A stretch of DNA of 64,000 bases from Hypanus sabinus (GCF_030144855.1 NC_082730.1:13640001-13704000), one strand, 5' to 3'. Positions 1-13,562 are shown, counted from the stretch's first letter. Translations and numbers: made by a program. The notes: a model not told the origin generated them from the letters alone.

Positions 1-2846
1 ATTAATTGTTTCTTCCTGCAAAATTTACTGTCAGTGGATTGCAGCAGGAATATCCAAGTGTCTGCATGCCAGATGTTATCCACAAATTAATTATGATGTT
101 CACAAAACTGATTAATTGAGGCATATATCAACAACATCAATGATGCAAGAAAAACTTTAATTGATCAAATTTCAAATTAGTAACAGCAAAAAAAGTATTA
201 CAATCGAGGATTAATATTCTATACAGTAACGAGTGCCTGAAGTGGAATCTAATATGTTGGATAAATATCTTACTCATGAATCAGTTATTGGAACCTCAGT
301 GACAATACTCTCCACTAGTTTTGGCTGCTATGTTAATTCCACAGTCCCAATTAAAGGGACATACTTCCTTAATGACCCTCAATTCTAAGTTTCAAAGTAC
401 ATTTATAATCAAAGTAGGTATAAATTATATGACCTTGAGATTCATTTCCTTACAGGCAGTCACATATCAAAGAAATTCAAATGAACCAATTGAAAACTGA
501 AGACTATCAAACACTCAATATGCACAGTAAACAAAAAACTCATGCAAACAATAAAACTAAGCAGAGAGCATTCAGAACTGTCGTTTGAGAAGTGAGTCCG
601 TACAGTGAGACGAAGTCACAGCCTCGGTTCAGCAAAGAGCAGAGTAAATGTCACAGAGATGCGAGGTGAACCGACTCATTCTTCACCTCCGGCCCTACAC
701 CCTGACCTTTTCAGTCATGTCCGGCCCTTGTATTAATGGAGTTCAGTCTTAGCCTTGCCTTTTCTAGAGATAAGAGTCACAGCTTGCTATGTTTTCTGGG
801 TGGTTATACTGACCCTGACTATAGTGCCTTTTCTGACCAGCACTACCCAGCAGGATTACTTTTGAACATTTCAGTGTTTATTCCAGTTATTTGTTTCCTG
901 CAATTGGCTGACCATTATTGACAAAATTGTGGTTGTATAGTTCTAATATTCTAATAAATTAATCAAATATATGCAAATACACAAATTATGAGGATAGGAG
1001 ATGGGCAAAAGCTGAGTCATTGCTAAGATTTCATGTCTTCTATGAGCTAGGCATTGTGTTGGTTTTAACCTCTTTTGCATTAAGTCTTTGGCTTAAGCTC
1101 AGAAGGCATCCGTGAAGAACAGTTTAAAAAATGTGTGCAGAGCAAGATGAATGATGAATATTTAATCTCAAAGTTCCATTATAGGGAGTCCGGTAGTCTT
1201 CTCTTCACCTCACGCGCCAAGTTGTGTAGGCGATACTTCAGGTTTCTGCAAAAGGCAATGGTGAGTTTATCAGACTGATTGGCTATAAAAACTTTTCCTG
1301 ACTTCCTTTGGACACTTGCAGCAGAATTCCATCTGAAACAGGGTTAAGGACTCCAGCACCGTTCACATCAATGCCACAGCAGCATCATGGCATTGATGTG
1401 AAGCTATTACAGCTTGTGATGTTCCGGAGTTTGGAATTGAATTTCGGCGCTGGCTGTCAGGAGTCTTTGTCCACGTTCTGCGGTCTCCTCCCACAGTCCA
1501 AAAGCACACTAGGTAGATTAATTGGGCATTGAAATTTGTCTTGTGGTTAGGTTAGTGTTAATCAGGGGTTGCCGGGTTGTCGTGGCTTGAAAGGCTGGGA
1601 GGGCCTTCTTCATGCTGTATCAGTATTTCACTGATCTCCAAAAACCTACCTTAGTTTCCCTCATGAAGCAATTGATTGAGATACTCCAGATCCCCAGCAG
1701 AGCAATGTGCAGCCAACGCCCCACACTCCATATCAGATAACTGAGCAAAGTGGAAGAGACATAGAATCAGTGGGAGGAAATGAGACAGCGTTGTGGTTGA
1801 AACATTTACTTCCTCATTCCTATGTATTCTTAGTGGAGTAGCACAAGGTAAACAGCAGAGCCAAAGGAGTTCATCAGGCTGGGTGAATTAGTGTTGGGCT
1901 GAGGGACTGAGGGAAACTGGTAAATATTGGAGTAAGGAAATTAATTCCAGAATGGATAAAAGACTCAGTGACAGCACAAGAGGTAACAAGGGAGGTTTTG
2001 CAAAATTGCATCAAGTTATTCCACCAGGTCATGTGTGAAGAGCAAAGGTAGAGGAATAATGGTGAAAATGTTCTATTGCATTTTAAAACAAGAATGGAGA
2101 AGGATACAAGTAAAAAGGAAAGTCATATTTGGGCTGTGAGTAGATATTTGGAAGTCATGGTGGGCAAGGAACACAGAGACCTCAGAGAAAGTATGAGATG
2201 TAAGGGTGCAGAATATTAGGATACCATGAACAGACTTGGTCTCCTTTCTCCTGAACGGTGGACACAAAGAAGAATTGGATATAATGAAATGATTTGACAG
2301 AGTAGGCATAAGAAGAGAAAAGGAGCAGAAAGAAACCACCCAGCCGCTCAGACTTGCCTGCGATAGAACCGGATTAAGGTCAAGCCTCCTCTCCATATCT
2401 GTGCCAGATGCCCTTAGCAATCAATTGCTTGATACTATCTATTTTCTCTTTACATATATATAAATATGTAACCTCCATCAACTCACATTTCTAGCTAAAC
2501 CACATTTGTCAACTTTTTACCCATCTGTAAATGTCTACAGTTGTATCATGGAGAGCATTCTAACTGGCTGCATCAACATCTGGTATGGATGGGCCACTGG
2601 GCTGGTGTAACCCCCTGGGTCACCTCAGAATCGCTCAGCTCGTTCTCATCAAAGAAAAGGTGCCAAACTTATCAAAGTCCAATCCACTTCATGCACAACC
2701 ATTGGAGCTCAATTACTGAAGTCTTCTGGCCACCACTTGTTCCCCTCTGAACTCCTCGACTCGCAGCTCAGGACCACCCGAAGTGGTCAACCAAGCACAT
2801 CTATCTTCATCTCCTCTCCTCACGGTACCTCCTGGCCTTGGACCCC
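1..2846. repeat. Segmental duplication, intergenic/upstream module copy 1 (others at about 18432-21740, 22545-24900, diverged 35270-38300)
   Basis: Near-identical text, e.g. attaattgtttcttcctgcaaaatttactgtcagtgg at 1, 18430 and 22546; repeated ORF-track peptides. Confidence 0.95.
2606..2846. mobile_element. Truncated copy of the 21033-21567 LTR
   Basis: Homologous to 21033-21273, then the sequence jumps to the homolog of about 25427 (deletion junction). Confidence 0.75.
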
Positions 2847-5282
2847 TGCTTAAATGGGAATCTTGGCTGGCATAGACCAAATGGGCTAAAGGACCCATTT
2901 GACTCTAACACCTGATGTTTCCCGCAGATGTACTGACCCACGTTGAGACTCTGTCCTACCTTGCAAGGTATTGTTCACAAATGATATCATGGCTCTTAAA
3001 CTGACTCGTTAATTAAGTAAGTGCTTTCCCAGCAGTACCTCAACAGAGCAGGTCACAACAAGCCTAGAGAGCGTTACTGCTTTGCAAACAGAATTCACTG
3101 CACACCGTAGGATAATATTAGTGATGGAGATGTCATGGTGAAAACTTCAGGGAATACTCTCTGAGTGGTGATAGTTGGAGGAAGTTGTTCTTATTTCACA
3201 ATGAAAAGCATAACAAATGTAATATAAACTGAGCATGATAAAATACAGCAAAGTGTTTAAGTCAGGGGTTTCCAATTTGGAGTCCATGGACTCCTTGGTT
3301 AATGGAAGGAGTCCATGGTATAAAAAAAGCTGTGAAACCCTCCCTGGTTAAAGTGGAACATTTCCCTCAGGAACTCCAGTTTGAAGCTGGCATAAAAACA
3401 TTGGTTATTGCCTCATTTGCCATTTGGCTTGTTTAAAGTCAACCCCTTCATATGTATTGTGTGTTCGAAAACAAATACAACAATCTATCAAACTTCTCGC
3501 ACATGTAAAACAGTTTTGAGAACAGTATACCTCATTTCTTGATGGTTTTCCTGATTCGTGGTGTTCTCCACTGTACTCATGGATCGTGTAGCTGTTTGTA
3601 TATCTGTAAAAAAACCAAAAGTATATTTAGCTCTTAATGAGATATGGGAGATAAATTCAGCTTCACTTGCTTCTCAGTTGAAGATAGAGCAAAATTCTTG
3701 CCGAGTGAAGAGCCGATTGGTTTCATGGATGAGCTTATAAACGTAGCCATTACCCGTACATACGTGATGCAAGGTGCAGCAGTATCTGAACATTAGGAGA
3801 CTCTTAAGGCTGAAGGGCCTGTTTGACCCTGCGACTGCCAATGATTAAGTTTACTGATAATGTTCATTTTGTCACATTTACTGATCATTTTCATGTCCTT
3901 CCTATTTCTCAGCATTGCTGATGCCAAAATGTCATTGGGGCAGTTAAAGTGCTTAGAATGTTGAGTTCATGAGGCAGATGGTTTGTTGTTCCAGATTCCA
4001 GCATCAGCAGTCTCCAGCGTCCCAACTAATGATAGTGCTTCTCACATTTGTCATAACGGAAATTTGCAGCAGCAGAATTCTCCTAACCGCTGTCATTTTT
4101 GTTTATTTTTATTATTTTATTTATCTGGAGATTCTTGGCTCAACAATACACTTATTTAACCCTAATGTAATCATAGGACACTTCACAATGATCAATTAAC
4201 CTGCCAACTAGAACATGTTTGGACTGTGGGAAGAAACCCGTGTGTTCACGAGGAGGATGTAAAAACTCCTTTCAGAGAACACTGGGATTGTATTCAGAAC
4301 TCTGACGCCCCAGCCATAATAACATTGTGCTAACTGATGTGATACCATGGTGCCATTCCTCACATCACCTATTTTGCAGTAAGTTACGTTTTGTTACTAT
4401 GTCAAAGAGAGATGGAAACTCTCCTTAGGAAAGGCACAACAAATATGAACGGCTTTGGTAGTTTACTTCAGTGCTGCTCTTCTGTTTCTCTCATCATTGC
4501 TAAAACATTCTATCCCTGATAATATCTTGGATAAAATCTTCAGCAACTTTTCCAAAACTAAGAAATGATCGTTGGAGACTACATCTCACAATTCTATGTA
4601 ATTAAAAGGCCTATAATTTAGAAAGACAAGTTTAATTTCTACAAGATTCTGCTTAGAGCAGAAATTCCTACAGAAGTTAGAGGATTTGGCCCAGAACATC
4701 ATGGGCAAAACTTTTTCAACCATAGAGTACATCTACGTGAAGTGTTGCCACAGAAAAAACAGCCTCCATCCTCAAAGGTCATTACCATCCAGGCCTTGCT
4801 TTACTCTTGCTGCTGCCATAAAGTAGAAGGGACAAGAGTCTGGGGACTGGCACCACCAGGTTCAAGAACAGTTACCCCTCAACCATCCGGCCTTTGAACA
4901 AAAGGGGATAGCATCACTCATTTAACGATGGTTTTATCTTGTTACTTCATGCTCACTTTGAACTTTGAACTTTGTAACATTGACAAAGTTTTAAGTCCAC
5001 TTTCCATGAGATTCAATGCCTGCTTTCAATGTATCCTAATTGAGAGAAACTGGACATTGGTAGTGTCTCAGACTGAATGAAAGATCTTAAGCAGAAAGCA
5101 GCAATGTAACTTCACACGACAAAGCAAAACTGCGGTTAGAAGAGGGTGTCAGATGCCACAAATCCAGAGAGTGACAACCATGCTCATTCCAAACATTTAT
5201 CACAATCTGAGGCAGGGGTAATTGCTGTTCCAACACAAACAGGAACCTAAAAGGACAGTCCAATATGTTATTAACCAAGCAA

Positions 5283-5382
5283 CTAAACAGTCTCTCTCAT
5301 CAGCACCGGCAGGAGACTACTCCCCAGACAAAATACACAGACGCTCATGACCATCTGCACCAAGGACAAAGGTAGCAGCCAC
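5283..5382 (-). CDS. Gene A candidate transmembrane/short-tail terminal exon, WLLPLSLVQMVMSVCVFCLGSSLLPVLMRETV*
   Basis: Acceptor tttgcttccag|G (phase 2, same entry phase as the gene E TM exon), about 28 mostly hydrophobic residues, then RETV and a stop. Paralog at 27868-27967. Not confirmed by homology. Confidence 0.45.
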
Positions 5383-5639
5383 CTGGAAGCAAATCTGTTG
5401 GATGTTGACATCTGTCACATAAATAAGATCCTTGCTCAGTTGGTGTCAATCGTAAGGATCATTTCACTGGAATTTGCTAGACGATTATTTAATGCTGAGC
5501 AAAAACATTAACGGTGATGATACTTGAAGTACTAACTATGTAGATTCAGATTATTTGTGTCTGACAGCTTTGAATCAACAGTGGGATGTTTGCATATCAT
5601 GTGTACTGAATGAGAAAGGTTCCCTGGACAGACTCACAG

Positions 5640-5960
5640 GACATCGGCTGCTGGTGACGAGTGGTGTCGGTGTTGTGACTGCTTCTTTTCACATTACATG
5701 GAGACAAATTTGTTGACCGAGTTGATGGCTTTGTGACTAAGTTTGCAGATGGTACAAAGATAGGTGGAGGGACAGATAAGTGCTGTGGCAGTATGCAGTC
5801 TGTAGCAGGACTTAATCAGATTGGGAGGACAGATAAGGACTGTCAGATGGGATATTGTGAGAGAACTACATGGTCATGCACTTTGGTAGAAGAAATAAAC
5901 ATCTGAATGGTGAGATCATTCAACATCGGAGCTGCAAGGGGACATGGTATCTTTGAGGCA
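5640..5960 (+). mobile_element. Degenerate CR1 RT fragment (paralog at about 28225-28940)
   Basis: Decayed VTSGV / GFVxKFADxTKIGG coding sequence. Confidence 0.65.
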
Positions 5961-5990
5961 TATAGACCATGAGTAACACTTGTATCTCAC

Positions 5991-6036
5991 TGATCTGTTA
6001 TTGCTGGATTATTAGTTTTAGTCTGAATTTAAACCT
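5991..6036 (-). pseudogene. Gene A candidate stalk exon (46 nt, phase 1-2) with in-frame TAA
   Basis: ccctgtcag|AG GTT TAA ATT CAG ACT AAA ACT AAT AAT CCA GCA ATA ACA GAT CA|gtgaga. The stop at 6029-6031 is TAC in the paralogs at 28974-29019 and 39863-39907. Phases bridge the V exon (phase 1) and the candidate TM exon (phase 2). Confidence 0.55.
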
Positions 6037-6270
6037 CTGACAGGGTGACATTTCACACAATTCAGAGGCGGTAAAATGTGCTGAGCCTCCGGTGCCCTGT
6101 CAGAGGGTCAGACGCTGCATGGGATGAGAGCAACAGGAATGGGTTTTCTTGACCCCAGCCCACTCCCCACAGGACTACTGCAGAGCTTCAGGATATCCTT
6201 GCTGTCCTGACCCCTCCCAGAGAAAACATAAAGTTTAATTGGAGCACAAAGTTATCCACTGGAAACCTAC

Positions 6271-6298
6271 CATTAGACACTTGTAGATGTACATTGAA
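6271..6298 (-). pseudogene. Remnant of a second V exon (D2), internally deleted
   Basis: TTCAATGTACATCTACAAGTGTCTAATG|gtagg matches the last 28 nt of the gene C V exon at 26/28 positions. It is fused directly to a V-exon-type acceptor fragment (ccctccctcagtt) about 90 nt downstream of D1. Confidence 0.8.
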
Positions 6299-6390
6299 CT
6301 GAGGGAGGGATTTTCAGATTTGATGGAAAGGAAGGATTTAATGCAAACAAATAACTTCGAAAGCACAAAATCAATCACAGTGAAACCTAC

Positions 6391-6705
6391 TATCAATTAC
6401 ATGTAGATAAATAAAAAATTTCATGTCGACACTTCCGTCTGTAATTCGACAGCCGTAGTGTCCTGTATCTGCAGATTGAAGATTCTTCATAGTAACAGTA
6501 AATATTCGATGTTCCGAGTTATCTTTGATTGACGCTCGTCCCCTCTGTCCGTCTTGATCATTTGTATCCACTAAAACTGTACATTGGTCAGTCCATCCAC
6601 GGCACCAATACTTTGCACGTGAAAGGTACTTTGCTTCATAGTGACAATCGATTGTGATCGCTCTTCCTACGAGTCCTGTTACATTTCTCTTCGCCCACAA
6701 TGCAC
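6391..6705 (-). CDS. Gene A Ig V-set exon (D1), CD300/pIgR/CMRF35-like
   Basis: 315-nt phase 1-1 exon with acceptor ctccctcagtttcag|GT and donor GATA|GTAGGT. Encodes ALWAKRNVTGLVGRAITIDCHYEAKYLSRAKYWCRGWTDQC...ADTGHYGCRI. Canonical Cys/Trp/DxGxYxC plus the extra YWC...C cysteine pair typical of CD300/pIgR/TREM V domains. Confidence 0.93.
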
Positions 6706-7319
6706 CTGAAACTGAGGGAGAAATCATTGAAATTGCAGAAACAAATGTGGTTTTTCATTCTGACACAATTGAAGACCCTGTATGGGTCACACCTGTAATG
6801 TGAACAAGTCATGTCTCCTTTGGTTCCTTAAGGTCGTTATAGCTAGGAGAGGGGGACCGTGGAGATCAGGTAATATCACCGATTAAGTGCTGTGTGTCTC
6901 AAATAGACTCTGACAACCCAGTACAACTCCTGGCCTTCACATATGGCTTTGCGATTAAGCCCGGTGGAACTGTTTCTACTGACAGGAGAGGGGACAGAGG
7001 CAAAATCCAGAGCTGGAGTCCCTACGGCAGTCTAAAGTTGCATTCAAGGCTGAGTATCAAGAACTCTGATGCCACTGGTGTCAAACTGTATCAGTTTCTG
7101 TCGTTCATCTGGATTCATTGGGAGTGTGCAGAGAAGGAGCTTTCTGCATGGGAATGAGCCGGCTCTCCATATCAGATACCCTGTCTTGCATCCTGGTTTG
7201 CATATCACATAACAGAGAGAGTGTGACTATGATTCAGAGACTGACGACTATGTTTTAGCACCTAACTGTAACCATCTACTCCAGACCATTGAAGAATATT
7301 TGATGATGAGATATACAAA

Positions 7320-7940
7320 ATATACGAAATCCTGCTGGGCCTTGCCAGGGTAGTGGCATGGATGATATTTGGATCACCTGGACAATACAAATACGTATGT
7401 CAGGATGCTGTTGATTGACTACAGCTCCGTGTTTAACGCAATCATTTCTACAGTTCTGATTGAAAAGCTCCAGAACATTGGCCTCTGTACCTCCCTCTGC
7501 GACTGAATCCTCAACTTCCTAACTGGAAGACCTCAATCTGTGCGGATTGGAAATAACATCTCCACCTCGTGGCCAATCCACACTGAAGCACCTCAGAGAT
7601 ATGTGCTTAGCCCTGTCTCTGTCTACTGTCTCTACACCCATGTAACTGTGTGGCTAGGCACAGTTCAGGTGCCATCTATAAACCTGCTGATCAGACAATT
7701 ATTGTTGGCAGAATTTCAGATGGTGATGAGGGGGCATACAGGAGTGAGATATATCAGCTCATTGAGCTCTGCCATCTGATTTCCGAATGGACATTGAACC
7801 CAAGAACACTACCACACTACTTCTTGTTTCTATTTCTGCACTAATTTAAATTAACTTTATATATAAGTTTACTGTGATTCACCTCTTTTCATTTTCTATG
7901 TATTGCAAAGACAGCAGATTTCATGACATATGTAGGAGAT
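7320..7940 (+). mobile_element. Rex1/Babar-type LINE RT fragment (paralog at about 30190-30800)
   Basis: [21 protein letters not shown]...[14 protein letters not shown] and APQ.YVLSP motifs, degenerate. Confidence 0.8.
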
Positions 7941-8321
7941 ATTGTCCCTAGAGGGATGATAGCAGGGGTATCATATTCTGTTTGAGTAGCTTGCTGTATG
8001 ATCACTCTATTCCAGCATGATGTTCTCCTAATTGGTTGTCTATTGGTCCTCAGGCGGCTGCAAAGTCCGGTCCAGGATCCACACATCCTCGTGCAGTGTA
8101 GACACAAGAAAGTGGTGTCTCTGGTTCGTGGTTGGTTCCTTTGGCCGTCCATGCTCCCCGTTTGCAGCTGCAGCTTGTTCTCTGCCGCACACTGGAGGTT
8201 GCTCTCATGTAGCGCATCTCCCTCTTGAACAGATTTCTTCCATGTACATCTATTGAGCACAATGTCTTCCCAGCTTTATGATGTAATGTTGAATTTCTTC
8301 ATTCTGATAAAACCACAGATC

Positions 8322-9085
8322 TATAGAACGTTACAGACACTTCTTGGCTGTGCCAAACCATTTTTCTGCCTAGTCCCAATGACCTGTACCTGGACTTTAT
8401 CCCTCCATACCCCTCTCATCCATGTACCTGTCCGAGTTTTTCTTAAATGTTAAAAGTGAGCCCGCATTTACCACTTCATCTGGCAGCTTATTCCACACTC
8501 CCACCTCTCTCTGTGTGAAGAATCCCCCCACTACTGTTCCCTTTAAACATTTCCCCCTTCACCCTTAATCCATGTCCTCTGGTTTATTTCTCCCCTACCC
8601 TGAGTGGAAAAACCTGCTTGCATTCACTCTATCTATACCTATCATATTTTTATATACCTCTATGAAATTTCCCCCCATTCTTCTACACTCCAGGAAATAA
8701 CATCCTAACCTATTCAACCTTTCTCCGTAACTCAGTTTCTCAAGTCCCAGCAACATCCTTGTAAACCTTCTCTGCACTCTTTCAACCGTATTAATATCCT
8801 CCCTGTAATTAGGTGACCAAAACTGCACACAATACTCCAAATTCGGTCTCACCAATGTCTTATACAACCTCACCATTACATTCCAACTCTTATACTTAAT
8901 ACTTTGATTTATAAAGGCCAATGTACCAAAAGCTCTCTTTACAATGCTATCCACCTGTGACACCACTTTTAAGATATTATGTGTTCCCAGATCCCTCTGT
9001 TCTCCTGCATTCCTCAGTGTCCTACCATTACCTTGTATGTTCTACCTTGGTTTGTCCTTCCAAAGTGCAATACCTCACGCTTGTT
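8322..9085 (-). mobile_element. CR1-type LINE 3' fragment (paralog at about 31195-31958)
   Basis: ORF 8595-8966 contains LVRPNLEYCVQFWSP and ERVQRRFTRM. Confidence 0.85.
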
Positions 9086-9199
9086 GATGATGATATTGGA
9101 AATTTTTTTTGTTGTCCACCAGGTGTAGTTTGTTGAACCTCCATCATCTGGAATAAATGATTTAGTTGGGGGGGGGGGGAGTCATGATTTAGGCATTCA

Positions 9200-9410
9200 A
9201 ATGACATGACCGATGCATCAGATTTTCCATTGGTTATTGTGGTGGAAATGCGGCTCATTTTGTCCTCCTCCATTACATTGGTGTTAGTGCATCTGCTTTT
9301 AATCTGTAAAATCTTTTCCAAGGTTCTTTGGAGGGATTGTTCCAGGGCCTTTCAGCTGGTCCATAATTCAGCTCCATTCTGTAATCGGATAATGATCTGA
9401 GCTGGTGATG
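9200..9410 (-). mobile_element. Degenerate RTE-type LINE fragment (paralog at about 32080-32290)
   Basis: GAELWTS*KALEQSLQRTLEKILQIK resembles the RTE RT C-terminal region. Confidence 0.5.
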
Positions 9411-11654
9411 TTTGAACCAGAGAGTGGAGGATGGACAGACTCTGATGTAGAGATAGCAACTGGAGTTTATTCATAAGGATTCCAAAAGGGCATTGGTGGC
9501 TCGTCCAAGCAACACCGCGAGATGTAACGTTTTCAAATCTAGGACCCTGTGATTAGCGCTAATTGGCCGTGCACTTAAATAATATAAGTAAAATGGAATC
9601 CCTGAGACTATCAGAATAAACTTAACAAGCTTCAGGAGGAACACAATGAAACTGTATTACAACGAGCGAGATGCTCGAGTGAAACACAAGGAACTCTAAA
9701 CAAATAATGAATTACCCGATTCAGGAGCTCTGAAACCATCAGAACCCAATGTGTTTTGGCTCCCCGAACAGGCTCTGAGAGCTCTTTACAAATGTAGGAA
9801 GGACGACTAATTGATGGAGGAGAGGTTTTGCAGGTTCTGTTCTTCAAGGACTCGTTCCCTTAATTTTGCACAGTGTCCATAAGCATTACTCTGGCGGTAT
9901 GTTATAATCCAGTTTCGAGTAACTCAAACCTCTGTGTTCCTTCGCCATTCACTCAGGTCAACCCAGGTTTCTCTTCCATTCTTCATGTTTCTGAACTCAA
10001 CGCTTCTTGTCCGGATAGAAGGTCTTCATTGAAAACATCCCTGAGCCTGCTCACATGCTTCCTATTCCCCCCCACAGTGTTCTTCACATAGTTTATGTTT
10101 TGCTCGGGATCCAACATCCACAGTTTCTTGTGCCTCGATATCTGAGGAGGCAGGAACAGCCATTGGGAACTCAAACAAGAAACGTCACAAGCACATGGAT
10201 GAAAGGAAATGGAGGGCTAGGTGGGATGGGAGTGTTAGATCAATCTCGGTCAGGACAACATTGTGGGCCAAGGAGCCTGAACAGTCCAGTGCTGATCTAT
10301 AATCTAAATATTCCCTCAGAGGAAAGGGGAGTTGCTGGAATTTTCTAACCAATAGTTCTTACCACATTCCTACTGACTCCCAGCCCCACCACCAGAGACT
10401 CTATCATACACTTGTCATCCCATCATTTGTGGCCCATTAACTCACCAATATGAACAGTTTTGGATGTGGTGGGGATTTGAAACACATGGAGGAAAACCAA
10501 GCAGTCACAGGGAGACTGAGAAGCTCAAGGACGGAAATGGGCCGTGTGAACTGTGAGACAGCAGCTCAGCTGGTGGTGCCTTGTGCCTGCCTCTCATTGA
10601 CTGGTGAAGAAGGCACAAGTGCTCTCTGCAGAAACAAATCCACTTTAAAATGAAATTCCTATTGCGCCTATGAAGAATATCCCCACTACAGTGAAGCAAA
10701 CTATTATATTCCAGCAAGGGAGCTATGAACAAAAATATTAATACTACTTGTTATCATATCCACAATAATATGCCCCAATGCTTCATAGTTAAAGACTTGT
10801 TTGGTATTGCTATTGTGTTAGGTGTGTCTGTGTTCTAAGTCCATGTACTTTGTGGGTTTACATTCCCTCCAGATACCTGAGCAGAAAGTCTGGGCTGATC
10901 TTCCGGTGCAGTACTGAGGGAGTGTGCCAGTGTTGAAGGTGCTGCCTTTCATTCAACCCAGATCCTAATAGGCTGCTCAAATGCAAATAAACATCCCTTG
11001 GTACTGTTTCATTGGTGATGGGCCTGGGTGTCCTACCCGACATGCACCCTTTGTCCAATATGAACCAAAATACATGTTATCTTTCCACCATTGCATTAAT
11101 GTTTGCTTAATCGTGCTGTGCAAATGGTGCCCTACACATCCCCATATTAGAGCAGTAGGTGGAGCTTCAAGTAATTAGTTAGCTACAAGATTCCACTGCA
11201 TGTAATTCAATTACAAAATCATCCCTTCTCAGAGAAAAAAACTTGAAGTTGACTTTCTTCTCCAGTTCAGGTCATCACCTGTGGGGTCTTGTGGCTTGTA
11301 ACCTGTCCGGGAGCTGCATTTGCAAAGGGAAGGTGAACGCAGTTCATGCAGTCAAGGGCACGGAGGGTGGGAGGAGTCAGCTGATGTGCAGAGGATTTTG
11401 GAATTTGAGGATGGATAACTGAGAAGGTCATCAAAGGAAGATAATGCCAGGGCCACATGGAGGTCTGTATTAGCATTGTGGTTTGAGTGGAGTGAGTCTG
11501 GCAGATTACTGTTCCTTGTTTCACAGCAGATACTACATTAATGGAACAAGGATGCAGCACCAAGAGATTTCCCATTCCTGGAAAGGATAAATACATCCAA
11601 AGTACTTCTGGGAATGAGAATGGGATTTTAGATTCAAGTAATTATATCAAGAGT

Positions 11655-11945
11655 CTTGGAGCACTGCAGTAGTGTCGTGGTTTGCATGGCCCTGTTACAG
11701 TCTGGATCATTGGTGTTTGGAGTACAATTCCAGTGCCGTCTGTAGGGAGCATGTACATTCTCCACTTGATTGTATGTGTTTTTTCCGGGTGCTCTGGGTT
11801 CCTCCCACAGGCCAAAAAACTTGACCAGTTATTAGGTGAATTAGTCATTGTAAGTTGTCCTGTATCAGGCTAGGGATATATTGGGGGTTAAGTTGTTTGA
11901 AAGGAAAGGCCTGCTCTGTGCTCTACCTCAAAATAAATAAATATA
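11655..11945 (+). mobile_element. V-SINE/HE1-like SINE (related copies at about 1500, 19900, 21950, 24000, 55760, 57000)
   Basis: tRNA-like head, conserved GG(G/T)TTCCTCCCACAG core and an AAATAAATAA tail. Confidence 0.6.
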
Positions 11946-12003
11946 AGGAATGTAAAAGTTCATGTAGCAAGATCTCATTAAATTCCTCAATGCCAGAGTT
12001 TTT

Positions 12004-13250
12004 GATCACAAGATCACAAGATCCCAAAACAAAGGAGCAGAAGTAGGCCATTTGCCCCATTGAGTCTGCTCCACCACTCAATATGAGCTAAACTATTCTC
12101 CCATCTAGTTCCAATTTCTGGCTTCTTCCCCATATCCCTTGATACCCTGACTAATTAGATACCTATCAATCTCCTCCTTAAACACCCTCAATGATTGGGC
12201 CTCCACAGCTGTATGTGGCAACGGATTCCAGAAATCCACGACCCCCTGGCTAAAAAAAATTCTCCTCATCTCTGTTTTAAGTGGGTTCCTTCTAATTCTG
12301 AAACTGTGACCTCTTGTCCTGGACTCACTCACCAAGGAAAACAGCCTTTCCACATCTACTCTGTCGAACCCTTTCAACATTTGAAATATTTCTATTAGAT
12401 CCCCTCTCATTCTTCTATACTCTAATGAATACAATCCAAGAGCAGACAAACGCTCCTCATATGTTAGTCCCTGCATTCCAGGAAACATCCTCGTGAATCT
12501 TCTCTGAACTCTCTCCAACATCAGCACATCCTTTCTAAGATAACGGGCTCAAAACTGCACACAGTATTCCAAATGGGGTATCACCACTTCCCCACAGAGT
12601 CTCATCAACACCTTGTTACTCTTATTCACAATTCCTCTTGAAATGAATGCCAACATAGCATTTGCTTTCCTTACTGCTGATCCACCCTGGTGGTTAACCT
12701 TTAGAGTATCCTGCACTAGGACCCCCAAACCCCCGTGCACTCCCGATTTTTGAATTTTCTCCCCATCTAAATAATAATCTGCCTGATTGTTTCTTCTTCC
12801 AAAATGTACAACTCAACATTGTATCTCATCTGCCATTTCTTTGCCCACTCTCCTAAACTGACCAAGTCTCCCTGCAACCTTTCTGTTTCCTCAACACTTC
12901 CTGCTCCTCCACCTATCTTGGTGTCATCCGCAAACTTAGCCACAAAACCATTTAATCCATATTCCATCTCGTCGATATACAGTGTAAAAAGAAAAGGCCC
13001 CAACACCAACCCCTGTGGAACACCACTAGTAACTGGCAACCAACCAGAATAGGACCCCTGTACTCCCACTCTTTGCTTTCTGCCTGTCAGCCAATGCTCC
13101 ACCCATTCCAATATCCTTCCTGTAATTCCAAGGGCCCTCATCTTATTAAGTAGCCTCTTATGCAACACCTTATCAAAGGCCTTTTGGAAATCCAAATACA
13201 CAACATCCGCAGCTTCTCCCTCGTCAATCTTATTTGAGATTACCTCAAAA
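12004..13250 (-). mobile_element. CR1-type LINE, 5'-truncated, in intron 1 of gene A
   Basis: Frameshifted RT fragments (YLDFQKAFDKV, VTSGVPQG, KFADDTKIGG, HLEYCVQF, RRMRGDLIE) and a 3' tail of GATCACAA repeats. Truncated paralog at about 22186-22480; absent at about 34130. Confidence 0.9.
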
Positions 13251-13313
13251 ATTTAAATGGGGAAATACACCATTTTTGTTTGGTTTGGTCTGGTCCTTAT
13301 GTGACTCCAGCCC

Positions 13314-13562
13314 GGTTATGTTTTGTAAATCCAAACGGTAAAATTAATTTGAAAAAAAATACAAAACCCTAAGAGAAGCGAGTGTTAGTTTGTCCTTTAC
13401 TTTAAGCGAGGTACACACGTAACATACGGTAACGCCATGACGTATGTAATTCACTTATTTAAAATATAACCCCTAAAAGTTATTCAATCAAACAAGAATG
13501 GTCAATTAAACAGTATATTTACAATATTACTAACATACTACTGAAATACTAAATACACAACA
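13314..13562. mobile_element. Solo LTR (about 250 bp) with 5-bp TSD AGCCC
   Basis: (T>G)GTTATG...CAACA flanked by AGCCC at 13309-13313 and 13563-13567. Same insertion site as 34145-34362; same family as 53501-53753. Confidence 0.75.

Larger units (their letters stand above)
2847..12305. repeat. Segmental duplication, gene-body module (paralog about 25427-34130)
   Basis: Colinear high-identity match over about 9 kb including TM, stalk, V exon and intron-1 repeats, with several indels. Confidence 0.95.

Noticed and set aside
2073-2420. 115-aa ORF repeated at 20500-20847
   Set aside because: Conservation reflects recent duplication. The region is deleted in the 22545-24900 copy and disrupted in the 37.7-kb copy, and it has no recognisable domain.
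5633-5680. Apparent Thr/Pro-rich stalk exon (EAVTTPTPLVTSS) with a GTGAGT donor
   Set aside because: It is the antisense reading of a decayed CR1 VTSGVPQGSVLGPLLF region, and the donor is not conserved in gene C.
7910-8260. Possible piggyBac C-terminal remnant in the three-copy segment
   Set aside because: Only a vague Cys-rich resemblance, with no TTAA TSD or TIR identified; left unclassified.
11279-11577. Open 299-nt segment with good splice signals in intron 1 of gene A
   Set aside because: No Ig features, phase 1-0 would frameshift the V exon, and it is deleted in gene C. At most a cryptic exon.
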